Of a DNA stretch of 44,017 nucleotides, positions 1 to 12,454 are shown piece by piece (position 1 is the stretch's first letter; every line of letters starts with the position of its first letter). Below the pieces are notes generated by a model, which did no database searches, was not told where the DNA came from, and saw nothing but the letters and a program-made list of their open reading frames with translations. Both the position numbers and the translations under genes were made by a program. This DNA comes from Chiloscyllium plagiosum (taxonomy: Eukaryota). Where the stretch lies: NCBI RefSeq assembly GCF_004010195.1, contig NC_057719.1, positions 61,804,256 through 61,848,272 on the forward strand. The letters run 5' to 3'.

Positions 1-205
1 CGTTTCAAGACATCCAGCACTTCCTCCTCTGTAATCTGGACATTTTGCAAGATGTCACCATCTATTTCCATATCCTTTTCCACAGTGAATACTGATGCAA
101 AATGCTCATTTAGTATCTCCCCCATTTTCTGTGGCTCCACACAAAGGCCGCCTTGCTGATCTTTGAGGGACCCTATTCTCTCCCTAGTTACCCTTTTGTC
201 CTTAA
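1..205 (-). mobile_element. CR1 LINE ORF2 fragment
   Basis: Contains ttccacagtgaatactgatgcaaaatgctcattt (reverse of NEHFASVFTVE), typical of the CR1 EN-RT linker. Confidence 0.7.
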
Positions 206-206
206 T

Positions 207-250
207 GACTTGTTGGGCCAAATGGCCTGTTCCCACACTGTAATCTAATT
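207..250 (+). mobile_element. HE1 SINE / CR1 3' tail remnant
   Basis: gacttgttgggccaaatggcctgttcccacactgtaatctaat matches the tails of the fuller HE1 copies in this window. Confidence 0.65.
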
Positions 251-1004
251 ATGCAGTTCACCTCACTTACATGGGTTCCTTGAAAACCCTTTCTAATCCA
301 GAAGTAATCAAAACAGTTCAAGCTTTTCACCTTCCATAAATAGGCCAAAAATATACATACGTGTTCCCAACAGTACCACACTACAATATTACAATTAACA
401 TTGTCAGAATATGATTCAAATAGCTAATATTCAAGGGTTAATTTGCTACCTTTGTATTGTTCTCCTCTGAAATGTAAACAGTGATGTAATAGGTTTTCCC
501 CATGTACTATTACACCTACTGTAAATATATCTGTAAAAAATATATATAACACCTGAACCAGTAAACAAGTTAACATCTCAGACTAGGACAAATGACATAG
601 TTGAATAGAAGCTTTGAAGCTTTGGCCATCAGCCTTGTGGCCAGTGGTGAAACTAGAAGTGAGCAACACTTTCACTCAGGAGTGGAATAGCTGACCAGAT
701 GATCATGTGATAACCAGATAAATACATTTGCATAGGCACGTGTTTCCAGGAATGATATGGCAAGGGAGTGCAAGACATTGTTGAAAATGCCATTATCTCA
801 GGGTCAAAAGTCTAAGCACCATATTTAAAAGGCACATGGACAGAAATTCATTTCCTACAAGCAGGAAGGATCATTCTGAGTCATGGCCAAATCCTTTACC
901 CTTTTCCTATTCTCTGCTGTCTTGATATTCAAGAAGTCTCAGGTAATTCAAGTGTGCCCACAGTTCAGCATTGCCTAACATCGGGTTCTACCTCAGAGTG
1001 TCCA

Positions 1005-2243
1005 AGAAAGGCAGAAGGTTCCATTTCATAAGGATGGTCACAGGAAGTTGCAGGAGGTCCTCCTGTTAGACCAGGTCAACTTGGACAGAGGTCACACTGC
1101 AGGTTAGTGACATGAGGCACACACAAGAACCTGGGTGCAGTTCAAAAAGATGATGAATATTCTGCAGTATTCCATTAGAGTAATTGGCACCATCTAGTCA
1201 TTGCACAGCGACACTCATAAGGTCATTGGGCAGTGTAACAATGCAAGGGCAAGAGGATAGTGCACAGGCCTCAGCAGCAGATAGAACATGTAGAATGAAT
1301 GTGTGGAAGTTGAAAAACAATGTGGTTGTTAAACACATCCTGGGGAGGTTTAAGGAGCTGTCATTGCCATTCCTGTTCATAACTTAGGGTCGCTCATTCG
1401 TCCACCCATTGAGAGGATACTTATTCCTTCTATCTTAATGCAAGAAAAAAAGATTCACAACAGGATGGCGCGCAATGTGACTGGCAAGTAACCTGGTGTA
1501 ATAACCCTTACCCCCTTTGAAGAGGAAGCCATTCTACTTGTTGGATTAGACTAGGTCCAAGCCTACACAGATGACAAGATCAAGTGAGAATGCCCCCAGT
1601 TTGCTGTTGACAAATAGATGTACAGAAACAACCCTGAAACACTGTTGCAAGAAGGGACTGTGCGTAATCAACAACTAATTATTTTTGTTATACACTGCAG
1701 GTCTTCATAGCAAGTCCAAAATCAGAAAGAGGAGGCCATCTGTTGCAAACTGTAGCTCTGTTCTTTTGCTGTCATGGCTCCTGCATTTGAGCACTTGGCT
1801 GCCTCTGTAGAAAGGACAGAGGCTGCCCTGGAAAATGAGAACCGGCAGAATATGCAGTTACTGTCAGATATGGGATAGAACTTTCACTCTATTGCTCTAT
1901 GCATGGGTGCAGTGCAGAGATGGCAGAGCCAGAGAGGATATCTCTTCTCTTCACTGCCCCTTCCCTTTCAAGGAGCCAGCAAGGTTCCATTGCACACTGA
2001 TAAGGACAATAAACTCCAGCAAGACATCCTCCTCCAGCAAGTCAGCGAAAGGGGGATACATCTGCATCTGGTTAGGAAAACCCAGCAGCCTAGACCCCTC
2101 TAAGCTCAGACTATAAGAGGATAGACATGAAGATCCTTGAAATCAGCAGGGTATAGCAGACAGCAGGCAGCCTCCAATTCAGCTGTGATATTCGGGCTAT
2201 AACTAACCATGATAAAAGGAAAAGAAAGACTCAGATGTTCTAA
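1005..2243 (+). pseudogene. Decayed, intron-containing Myb/SANT-like gene of a PIF/Harbinger transposon
   Basis: Block 1 (~1005-1179): WTEVTLQVS...RTWVQFKKMMNILQYSIR then GTAATT. Block 2 (~1444-1583): EKKIHNRMARNVTG...LTPFEEEAILLVG then GTGAG. Block 3 after CTGCAG (1701-2243) ends KGKRKTQMF-TAA. In-frame stops and frameshifts are present. Confidence 0.6.
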
Positions 2244-3004
2244 ACACAAAGTTTTTAATCACTGTGTAGAAGAAACAATTATAAATACATGCTTAATTCC
2301 ACTTTAAGCACGTTTGTTGCCAGTTCTTTTGTTATTTGTTGTTGTGATGGTGTGCATGTAAGTGTATCCCAAACTGTACCGAATGGTGTGGTCTATATGT
2401 GGACCTATGATGTGACATTTATAGTGTCACATCGACAGTAGAGGCATATCTAATTATCCTGACATGCACACTTTAACTTTGGGCAGCATTTGTGTAGTTG
2501 GAGGCTTTAACTGCACAGACACAGAGAGTGTTCACCCTGTCTGAGGATGCAGTCTCAGCAGAGTCTATAGCTGAGTCATTGCATGTCTTGCTGGTCTCTG
2601 CATGAAAACAGTTTGTTGTAAGGCATAACTTGCGTTTGGAGAATGTGGCTGAGACATAACTGGATCAATGCCAAATTACAAATGCATGTGACTTCCAATG
2701 TAGTTTCCAAATTAGGTTGGCTTCTGTCAGGGATTGCAACAGTTTACATTCTAGTTCACAGGAGTGTTCTGCAGATCATATGCTGGTCCTGATGGTACTG
2801 ACGATGTCTGTGCAGCACAGTTAGAGCAAGTGGGATGTGCAGTATTTCTGACTGAACCATTCACAGGATTACAATATCAACAGTGTTAAGGTAACAAAGT
2901 AAAACATCCACAAGGAATCCTGGGCTCGCAGCCAACAGAGGACAATAATCTGTGTTGGTGTAGAGGTATTGTGATGTTTCACCCAGCCTTGAATCAGGTG
3001 GTGA

Positions 3005-5707
3005 TAAGACCATAAGACATAGGAATAGAAATTAGGCCATTGAGCCTATCGAGTCTGCTCTGTCATTCAATCACAGCTGATAGGTTTCTCATCCCCATTC
3101 TCCTGCTTTCTCCCCGTAACCCTTTATCCCCCTTGACAATCAGGAACCTATCCATCTCAGTCATAAATATACTCAATGACATGGCCTCCACAGACTTCTG
3201 TGGCAGTGAATTCCATAGATTTACCACTCTCTGGCTGAAGACGTTTCTCCTAATCTCTTTTCTAAAAGGTCTTCCCTTTACTCTCAGGTCAAAGTCTTTC
3301 CAACCAATGGAAACTTCTTCCCAACATCCACGCTGTCCAGGGCATTCAATATTCTGCAAGTTTCAATTAGATCCCCCCTCAACCTCCTAAACTCCGAGTA
3401 TAGAACCAGAGTGCTCAAATGCTCCTCATATGTTAAACTTTTCATTCCTGAAACCATTCTCGTGAACCTCCTCTGAACATGCTCCAGGGGTCAGTGCATC
3501 CTTCCTGAGATATGGGACCAAAACCTGTTCACAATACTCCAAATATAGTCTGACCAGAACCTTATAGAGCCTTGCTCTTATATTCAAGTCCTCTCAAAAT
3601 AGATACATCATTGCATTTGCCTACCTTGACACTATTCGTAACCCACTCCAATTTGCCTATCGGAAAAACAAATCCACGTCAAATGCCATATCATTTGCCC
3701 TTCACTCGTCCTTAGAACATCTTGACACCAAGAACAGCTATGTAAGAATCTTACTCATTGACTACAGTTCAACCTTCAACACTATTATCCTCTCAAGACT
3801 GATTTCTAAACTCAATGATCTCGGACTAAGCCCCACTCTCTGCACCTGGATCCTCAGTTTCCTGACCGACAGGCCACAATCAGTGAAGTTTGGGGACAAT
3901 ATTTCATCTTCACTAACACTCAACACTGGAGCCCCCAGGGGTGCATACTCAGCCCCCTACTGTATTTACTGTATACCAATGACTGCGTCACCAAACACCA
4001 GACTAATGCCATTTACAAGTTCGCTGATGACACCACCATAGTCAGTCGAATCTCAGATAGTGACGAAACAGACTACAGATGGGAGGTGGAAGACCTGGAA
4101 AAATGTGTACTGAGAACAACCTAGCTCTCAATGCCGGCAAAACCAAGGAACTCATTATTAACTTCCGGCGGGATGTTACTCATGCCCCCCTGCACATTAA
4201 CAGCACAGAGGTGGAAGAAGTGGAGAGTGTCAAGCTCCTGGGAGTGGTCATCCACAACAAGCTTTCTTGGACTCTTCATGTGGGCGCACTGGTTACAAAG
4301 GCCCAACAACATCTCTTTTTCTTCAGGCAGCTGAGGAAATTTGGCATGACAATGAATACCCTTGCCAACTTTTATAGATGCACCATTGAGAGCATTCTGT
4401 CTGGATGTATCACTATCTGATATGGCAACTGTACCATTCAAGATCGGAGACAGTTACAGAGAGTGGTAAACTCAGCCCAGACAATCACAAAGGCCAACCT
4501 CCCATCTATAGAATCCAAAGGCCGCCAGCATTCTCAAAGATCCATCCCACCCTGGCAATCTTTTTCTACAACCTCTACCATCGAGGAGAAGGTACAGAAG
4601 CCTGAACACATGCACCAGCTGGTTTTGAAACAGTTTCCACCTTACTATTGTTAGAATACCGAATGGACTCACAAACTCTTAACATTCTCCTGTACTTGTG
4701 TAAGTGTTTTTGCCATTGTTTACCTATTGTTTATTAATCTATGCCACTTAACTCTGTGATCTGCCTGTATTGCTCGCAAGACAAAGCTTTTCACTGTGCC
4801 TCGGTACATGTAACAATAAATTCAATTCAATTCAATTCATCTAACTACTGACTCAACCTGCATGTTTACATTGAAAGAATCCTGGACTAGAACACTTAAG
4901 TCTCTCTGCACTTCAGATTCTGAATTTTCTCCCCATTTAGAAAATAGTCCATGCCTCTATTCTTCCTATCAAAGTGCATGACCTCATACTTTCCCACGTC
5001 CTACTCCATCTGCCACTTTCTTGCCCTCAGTTCCTTCATCTAGATTGTTAATGAATAAAGTTGTGTTCCCAACACCGACCCTTGTGGAACACCACTTGTC
5101 ATTGGCTGCCAGATTCTATCCATGTTAGCACCTTGCCTCTAACACCATGAGTCCTTATCTATCTCAGTGGCCTTCTCTGCAGCATCTTGTAAAATGCTTT
5201 CTTGAAGTCCAGGTAGACAACATCCATTGGCTCTCCTTGGTCTAACCTGCTTGTTGCTTCCTCAAAGAATTCTAGCATGACTTCCTTTGATGAAACCATG
5301 CTGACTTTGCCCTATTTTACCATACACTTCCAAGAGTTAAGAAATCTCATTCTTCACAGTGGATTCCAGGATTTTGTCCACAACTGAGGTTAAGCTACTT
5401 GGTCTGTAATTTTCCATCTTTTTCCTTACTACGTTTTAAAGAAGGGTGTCATGTTCACAATTTTCCAGTCTTTTGGGACCCTCCCTGACTCTAGTGATTC
5501 CTGAAAGATCACCACTAATGCCTCCACCACCTCTGCAGCTATCTCCCTCAGACCTCTAGGATGTCCATCTGGTCCAAGTGATTTGTCCACCTTTAGTTCA
5601 TTCAGGTTTTCTAGCATTTGCTCCTTGGTGATGGCTACCATACTCATCTCTGCCCCCTCACTTGCCTGAAATTTTGAGATATTACTCACATCTTCCACTG
5701 TGAAGAT
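3005..5707 (-). mobile_element. CR1 LINE (3' tail at 3005, RT region), interrupted by a Rex element
   Basis: (TAAGACCA/TAAGACA) tail. ORF 3063-3359 has FSQRVVNLWNSLPQ; ORF 5429-5698 has KSLGPDG..ESGRVPKDWKIVNMTP. Host sequence resumes at 4841. Confidence 0.9.
3625..4839 (+). mobile_element. 5'-truncated Rex1/Babar non-LTR retrotransposon
   Basis: RT motifs [20 protein letters not shown](Q)G, KFADDTT, KTKELIINFRR and FYRCTIESILSGCIT. AATAAA at 4815-20 is followed by a (TTCAA)n tail. Confidence 0.85.
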
Positions 5708-5869
5708 TGTTACGTCAAGGGGTAAACCCTCCTGCTTTATTTAAAGCAGCAACACAGAAAAGATTTAGCCCATGCAATAATCTGTGAAAATTTGAGAGGC
5801 CAAGAATTATTTAAAGTAAAAATTAACAACTTTATTTCTTAAAGTAAAACAGAGAATAATTAACTTACA

Positions 5870-6100
5870 TGTTGTGGTTCTGTTCGCCGAGCTGGGAATT
5901 TGTGTTGCAGACGTTTCGTCCCCTGTCTAGGTGACATCCTCAGTGTTTGGGAGCCTCCTGTGAAGCGCTTCACAAGAGGGTCCCAAGCACTGAGGATGTC
6001 ACCTAGACAGGGGATGAAACGTCTGCAACACAAATTCCCAGCTCAGCGAACATAACCACAACAACGAGCACCCGAGCTACAAATCTTCTCACAAACTTTG
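5870..6100 (+). mobile_element. Penelope-derived fold-back mini-element A
   Basis: 97-bp inverted arms (5870-5966 / 5967-6063) centred on GAAGC|GCTTC, plus a 37-nt unpaired tail. 12-bp TSD AATTAA(C/T)TTACA at 5858-69 and 6101-12. Confidence 0.85.
5987..6026 (+). ncRNA. Minimal hammerhead ribozyme motif (mirror copy on minus strand at 5907-5946)
   Basis: GCA-CTGAGGA-T-GTCACCT-AGAC-AGGGGAT-GAAA-CGTC-TGC: core boxes, stem II, stem I GCA/TGC and palindromic ACGT in place of stem III. Confidence 0.7.
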
Positions 6101-6355
6101 AATTAATTTACAACTATTTACTACTTCTTCCTCCAACATATCTTTTACTTTCCCTTCCACAACACTAGTCCAATAAAACCCCTGATTAAGATTTACTGAA
6201 AAATTCAAATTTCAAAACCAGCCAGTGGTCGAATCTTCTCTTTATATCTCCCTCTGTAGATTTGGTCTCCAGGTCAGTGTTGATGTTTTTCTCTGTGCAA
6301 ACTCCTTCTCTAGACAGGTATCTCTCAGAAAGTTCTGACTGGCAACCTACATCTT

Positions 6356-6535
6356 AGAGTCATAGAGATATACAGCACGGAAACAGACCCTTCGGTCCAA
6401 CTCGTCCATGCTGACCAGATATCCCAACCCAATTTAGTCCCACCTGCCACCACCTGGCCCATATCACTCCATACCCTTCCTATTCATATACCCATCCAAA
6501 TGCCTCTTAAATGTTGCAATTGTACCAGCCTCCAC
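6356..6535 (-). mobile_element. CR1 (HER1-like) 3' end
   Basis: agagtcatagagatatacagcacggaaacagacc is the reverse complement of the tail of the plus-strand copy ending at 10726. Confidence 0.85.
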
Positions 6536-6539
6536 CTTT

Positions 6540-7250
6540 CACCACCTTACATGCTTTCTCTTTTGCTTTTATGCTATCTATGACTTCCGTAGTTGGCCAT
6601 GGTTGCCTCATCCTTCCTGTACAATGCTTCTTTGTCCTCAGAATGAATTTCTACTGTCTCCTGAATTACTCCCAGAAATTCTTGCCATTGCTGTTCCAAT
6701 GTCTTTCCTGCTCAGCTACTCTCCCAGTCAATTCTACCCAGCTTCTCCCTCATCCCTCTATTCAGCTGTTGCCTTTATTCAGTTCTAATTCCGTTACCTC
6801 TAATTCTATCGTCTCCCTCTCAAATTATAATCACTGCCTCCTCAGGGTTCCTTCACCTTAAGCTCCTTTATCAAGTCTACAACACTAAATCCTGTATTGC
6901 CTGTTCCCTCGTAGGCTCCACCACAAGTTGCTCCAAAAAGCCATCTCATAGACATTGCACAAATTCCTTTTCTTACAATCCACTACCAATCTGATTTTCC
7001 CCAGTCCACCTGCACATTGAAATTCCCCATGACCACTGTAACTTTGATTTTCCTACACATCCTTTCTATCCCTCGGTGTATCTAATGCCCCAGCTCCTGT
7101 CTACTGTTTGGAGGCCTATATGTAACTCCAGCTATGTTTTTCTTACTTTTGCGGCTCCTCAACTCTACCCACACAGATTCTACAACATCAGACACTACTT
7201 TGTTTCTTACTATTTATTTAACTTCATTTCTTGCTATGAATGCAACCCGA
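6540..7250 (-). mobile_element. CR1 ORF2 endonuclease-region fragment
   Basis: Reverse of MGNFNVQVDW and GVTYRPPNS-type APE motifs (7000-7130). Confidence 0.75.
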
Positions 7251-7320
7251 TTCCAGCATCCCTTAACATCCCAAGCTTTCTGCAACATTGATCATCACTC
7301 ATCCATAGGTTGGACATCAG

Positions 7321-8203
7321 CTTTTCTTTTTATTTCAAAAACATATTTTATTCATAAAATATTTTGATGATCTTGCCATACGTACGTAAACATTCCATTT
7401 CTTTGCATACAGAGTTAGAGTAATCATTCATATATACAGGTCTGTACGATTACTATCCACATATTTAGCTGGGGGGGTCAACTGAGCCCCCTTACTGCGT
7501 CGGCTCCCTGTGCTTAGGCAGGCAGACATTACACGGTGGTCTTTCCCCACCTTGCCTTAGCGGCAGCTGCCCCAAGCTTCAGCGCGTCCCTCAACACGTA
7601 GTCCTGGACCTTGGAATGTGCCAGTCTGCTCAGTCGGGGTCAACTCCTTCAGCTGGAAGATCAACAGGTTTCGGACCGCCCAGAGAGCGTCCTTCACCAA
7701 GTTGATGATCCTCCAGGCACAGTTGATGTTTGTCTCGGTGTGGATCCCGGGAAACAGGCCATAGAGCACGGAGTCCCGCATCACGGCGCTGCTCGGGACG
7801 AACCTCGACAAACACCACTGCATTCCTCTCCAGACTTCCTCTGCATAGGCACATTCCAGAAGGAGGTGTGTGACAGTCTCGTCCCCCCTGCAGCCGCTTC
7901 GAGGGCAGCGTGCGGTGTGGCTGAGAGTCCGGGCGTGCATAAAGGATCTCACAGGCAGAGTCCTTCTCACCACCAGCCAAGCCATGTCTTGGTGCTTGTT
8001 GGAAAGTTATGGCGATGATGCATTCTGCCAAATGGCTTTGACAGTCTGCTCAGGGAATCGCTCGACAGGATCTACCCTCTCCTTTTCCCGAAGGGTCTCA
8101 AGGACACTATGTGCTGACCACTTCCTGATGGACTTGTGGTCAAAGGTGTTTTTCTTCATAAACTTCTCCACGAAGGACAGGTGTGAAGGAACGGTCCAAC
8201 TAC
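7321..8203 (-). mobile_element. 5'-truncated Tx1/L1-clade retrotransposon 3' end
   Basis: ORF 7557-7985 has a CCHC zinc knuckle (CPRSGCRGDETVTHLLLEC). After a frameshift near 7630 it continues RLAHSKVQDYVLRDALKLGAAAAKARWGKTTV-TAA (stop 7529-31). T-rich tail at 7321-35. Possible 8-bp TSD GAC(A/T)TCAG at 7313-20 and 8204-11. Confidence 0.85.
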
Positions 8204-9608
8204 GACTTCAGTCAAAACTCCTGGCCTCCCACCCTGGTGACATCCATCCTGGAGAACGACAAATGACATCCCATCTCATTCATATAACATGTATATGGAG
8301 ACTGGAGCATTGACATGACGATGGAAGTCATATTTATAGAACCTTCATCCATCACTCAATATTGAGCTTCCCTCATGTAATAGTTCCACTGGACTTGCAT
8401 TCCAAAGGCCATCGTCTTGGCACCAGAGACATACTGCCAATGCCCAGAAAGGTGGGTTCCTCAAGGTTCCACCCTGGTCTTTGGATCACCTCCCTATCCC
8501 TGAACGTTAACTGACTACTATCACCTTTTGCATTCCCTCTACCATCCTTGAGATTCTGACAATTACCCTTGAATCTCAGGACCTTGGTAACATCCTTTCT
8601 ATTATGGTCTTTGCTCTCCCCAGACTCATTCTGAACAGTTGTTTTTTGCACACCCAACTTTCCCTCATGGTCCAGTACCTTTCCTCAGACAACCTCTCCT
8701 CTCCCGTCAAGACACATGACAACAGCCAGCTACAGGAATGTCAGCATGTTGGGTATCATAAAGGTGCATTCGTGTTAAAGCAATTACACAAGTTCTGCTT
8801 GTTTTCCAATGATGACTCGTATGATAACAAGTGAAATCATATGAACATTGGGTAATAGCAAAACTGGTTATACAAAGATAGGGATTTTAAACGTTTACAA
8901 GTACAGAGATAATGATTGTACATTTTATTAGTTCAGAAGTCTCAGAGTCCATCTCTCATTCTGGTGTTTTGACCACTCTTCCAGATCTTGTAATGATGGA
9001 ACTGTTTAAAAGTGTGAACTTGTGCTTGGCTGGTCTTGTCCTGCAGTCATTTCATCCGTGTTTCAATTATTGTCCCTGCTTTCTCTCACAATGCCATCAT
9101 TCAGATGTGTTCTTTTGTGTTCCCTGTGCACAACTGGCATGTTGTACGTTTCCTTAGATGGCTTCTGTTCCTCCTCAACGTCGTTCCATTGGATGTGGTG
9201 ACTTTATAAGATTTCTGCTCACTGCATATTTTGGATACCTCTGCAGATAACCATGTTCCCACTGTGGGGCATCTTACTTTTACCTTTAATCATATAATTA
9301 GTTGAAGTGGGTCTGTACCTGAAAGCTCATCATGTTTCATCTCCATTTCCCCCTTATTTGTTGAGAAGTGTGTGCCATATCTTGGAGAAATGAGTCAGAT
9401 GGTGGCTCTGCAAGATTGTTCTCACTTGCTTTCCAAACACAATCGCTGCTGATGACCGTAACCTCAGATCCAGAAATGTAGCTCTGAGGTATAACATGGC
9501 AACATGGAAAGCTTGTTCTGTTGTCCTACGCTTCAAGTGATTGAACAGTGTGAACCATTTGCTCAGTGAGACTATTTGTTTGAGGGAATTGTGGTGAGGA
9601 TATTAAGA

Positions 9609-10726
9609 TTAGCAAGGTTAGATCTCACGGAATGCAGGGAGAACTAGCCATTTGGATACAGAACTGGGTCAAAGGTAGAAGACAGAGGGTGGTGGTGGAG
9701 GGTTGTTTTTCAGACTGGAGGCCTGTGACCAGTGGAGTGCCACAAGGATCGGTGCTGGCCCCTCTACTTTTTGTCATTTACATAAATGATTTGGATGCAA
9801 GCATAAGAGGTACAGTTAGTAAGTTTGCAATTGACACCAAGATTGGAGGTGTTGTGGACAGCGAAGAGGGTTACCTCAGATTACAACCAGATCTTGACCA
9901 GATGGGCCAATGGGCTAAGAAGTGACAGATGGAGTTTAATTCAGATAAATGCAAGGTGCTGCATTTTGGGAAAGCAAATCTTAGCAGGACTTATACACTT
10001 AATGGTAAGGTCCTCGGGAGTGTTGCTGAACAAAGAGACCTTGGAGTGCAGGTTCATAGGTCCTTGAAAGTGGAGTTGCAGGTAGATAGGATAGTGAAGA
10101 CGACGTTTGGTATGCTTTCTTTTATTGGTCAGAGTATTGAGTACAGGAGTTAGGAGGTCATGTTGCGGCTGTACAGGACATTGGTTAGGACACTGTTGGA
10201 ATATTGTGTGCAATTCTGGTCTCCTTCCTTTTGGAAAGATGTTGTGAAACTTGAAAGGTTTCAGAAAAGATTTACAAGGATGTTGCCAGGGTTGGAGGAT
10301 CTGAGCTATAGGGAGATCCTGAACAGGCTGGGGCTGTTTTCCCTGGAACGTCGGAGGCTGAGGGGTGACCTTATAGAGGTTTACAAAATTATGAGGGGCA
10401 TGGATAGGGTAAATATGGGGTCGGGGAATTCAGAACTAGAGGCCCTAGGTTTAGGGTGAGAGGGGAAAGATATAAAAGAGACCTAAGGGGCAACTGTTTC
10501 ACACAGAGGATGGTATGTGTATGGAATGAGCTGCCAAAGAAAGTGGTGGAAGCTGGTCAATTGCAAAATTCAAGAGGCATTTGGATGGGTATAGGAATAG
10601 GAAGGGTTTGGAGGGATATGGGCCGGGTGCTGGCAGGTGGGACTAGATTGGGTTGGGATATCTGGTCGGCATGGAGGGGTTGGACCGAAGGGTCTGTTTC
10701 CATGCTGTACATCTCTATGACTCTAT
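9609..10726 (+). mobile_element. 5'-truncated CR1 (HER1-like) LINE
   Basis: SGVPQGSVLAPLLFVIYINDLD, YCVQFWSP and [13 protein letters not shown], ending in a (CTCTATGA)n-type tail. Confidence 0.95.
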
Positions 10727-11354
10727 AACATCAAGAATCTAGCATCTCTTATAACATCTCATGCTGTCCACTTGTAGGTTTGGTGGAATCTCCGCATCCT
10801 TGCTCGATTTGGTAATGTTCACAGCATATCCAAGGTGACTATTTTGATTTGGATTAGGCATCAAAGTTGTACCCTTGTACTTTTATTAGGAGTCACTGTA
10901 ATGGGGGTGGTGGACATATCAATAGTTTGCATTATTTCCATGGCTTGTGATGAGTTTCTGCTGTAAGCTATTTACCAAACAGTTAGTTGTGGATCTAATG
11001 ATCCCAAATATTTCACACTTTTTTTGAAGTAATTGGATTACGTTTGAAACAGGCTTTTGTATCCAAATACAAAAAGTTTGCCATCTTCCACACTGCATGC
11101 TCCTAGCCCTTACAGGAATATTTTCTGCCTTGGGTTGTAGCATTGCAGACTGCAGTTTTACACTGACAACACTCATTGAGAGATTAATAAACATGTGGAT
11201 GGTCCTCCTGCTGTACATATGGTACACTTTAATTTAGGAGCTCTCTCAATGATGATGCTTGATCAAACTTTCTAGTTTGGAATACATGGTGCTAAAATGT
11301 TGAAGAAATCAAAGGATTTTTACTGGTCTTCAATGTCTTGTGAAGTAGGTACTT

Positions 11355-12454
11355 TAGAATAGAATATAAATTTATTGTCATGTGTACTTTCACATGAAAA
11401 ATACAGTGAAAAGTTTTATAAGTCACTCCACCACAGCGACTGTATCAATGACAGAAGTCATACTTAATAATAAAAAAAATTAAGGCAAAGGTCATCACAG
11501 TTCAATTAATGGCTCCTGAGTTCAGGGAGCATCAATTAAGAAACTATGCAATACCCTGAAGATGCAGCCAGGACGGGACTGCCATCCTGCAATGAAACTG
11601 CCGTTCCGGGACAAGACCACTATTCCAGGCCACTGGAAAACTGGGCTGGAAGGTGAAGAAGATCACCGTGCTGGGCTGAGACAACCACTCCTGGGCAAGA
11701 CCTTCTGCCAGGCTGCTGGAACACCTGGAAGCTAAAAAGAAAGAAGACATCCCCCTGCACAGAGAGAGACCTCCAAGCTGATACAAGACTGCCATGGCAG
11801 GCCAAGACCGACATGCTGGAACAAGACTGCCACATTGGGAGACCACCACGTCTCCATCTTCAGGCATGTGGGGCCTAACCGCGGACCTGGAACCTTGGCC
11901 TAGACGCTGGGGGATTCAGGTTCGGGATCTGTTCGTTGCTTGGTGGGAGACCCTAGGCTTAGACAGAGCCGTGATTATAGTGGTGCTGGAAAAGCACAAC
12001 AAGTCAGGCAGCATCCAAGGAGCAGGAAAATCGACGGTTCGGGCAAAAGCTCTTCATCAGGAACAATGATTTTCAGACAAAAGCTCTTCATCAGAATCAT
12101 TTCCTTCCTGCTGAAGGGCTTTTGCCTGAAACCTCGATTTTCCTCTCTTCGGATGCTGCCTGACCTGCTGTGCTTTTCCAGCACCACTTTAATCTAGACT
12201 CTGATTTCCAGCAGCTGCAGTCCTCACTTTTGCCTTGGGTAGAGCTGTGTCTGGCTCGTCCTGCTGTTGTTGCTGCTGCCACTTCTGCCCCTGCTGGAGG
12301 CCTCCATCTTCACGTACCACTCTCCAGAATTAAAAGAGAAGAAAATGGAAAAAAAAGAAAAATAAAAAGAGCTAAAGAAAAAAAGAAGTAAAAATAAGAA
12401 AGCTGACAGGAGTGTACAAGCTGCAGGTTCAGCCACCTACTCCACCGCCATCTC
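11355..12454 (-). mobile_element. Non-coding retroposon with Rex-like 3' end
   Basis: Interrupts Gypsy RT. The 3' end CTTTTCACTGT..GTACACATGACAATAAA plus (TTCTA)n resembles the Rex tail at 4787-4839. The 5' end is AGATGGCGG. Confidence 0.55.
11973..12235 (+). mobile_element. Penelope-derived fold-back mini-element B
   Basis: ~90-bp inverted arms (11973-12062 / 12106-12194) with mutated hammerhead cores on both. Tail TCCAGCAGCTGCAGTCCTCACTTT. Degenerate TSD AGAGC(C/T)GTG at 11965-73 and 12241-49. Confidence 0.8.

Larger units (their letters stand above)
5708..6355. mobile_element. Probable LTR fragment (starts TGTTAC), interrupted by PLE fold-back A
   Basis: CR1 homology stops abruptly at 5707 and a non-coding block starts with TG-TTAC. 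It contains a minus-strand AATAAA (5831-36). No matching CA end is visible. Confidence 0.45.

Noticed and set aside
2400..2900. Harbinger DDE transposase remnant
   Set aside because: Only scattered weak motif resemblance, so it is not called as a feature.
8225..8700. Possible eroded GIY-YIG/PLE fragment
   Set aside because: Only a faint YxGETG-like trace; no convincing translation.
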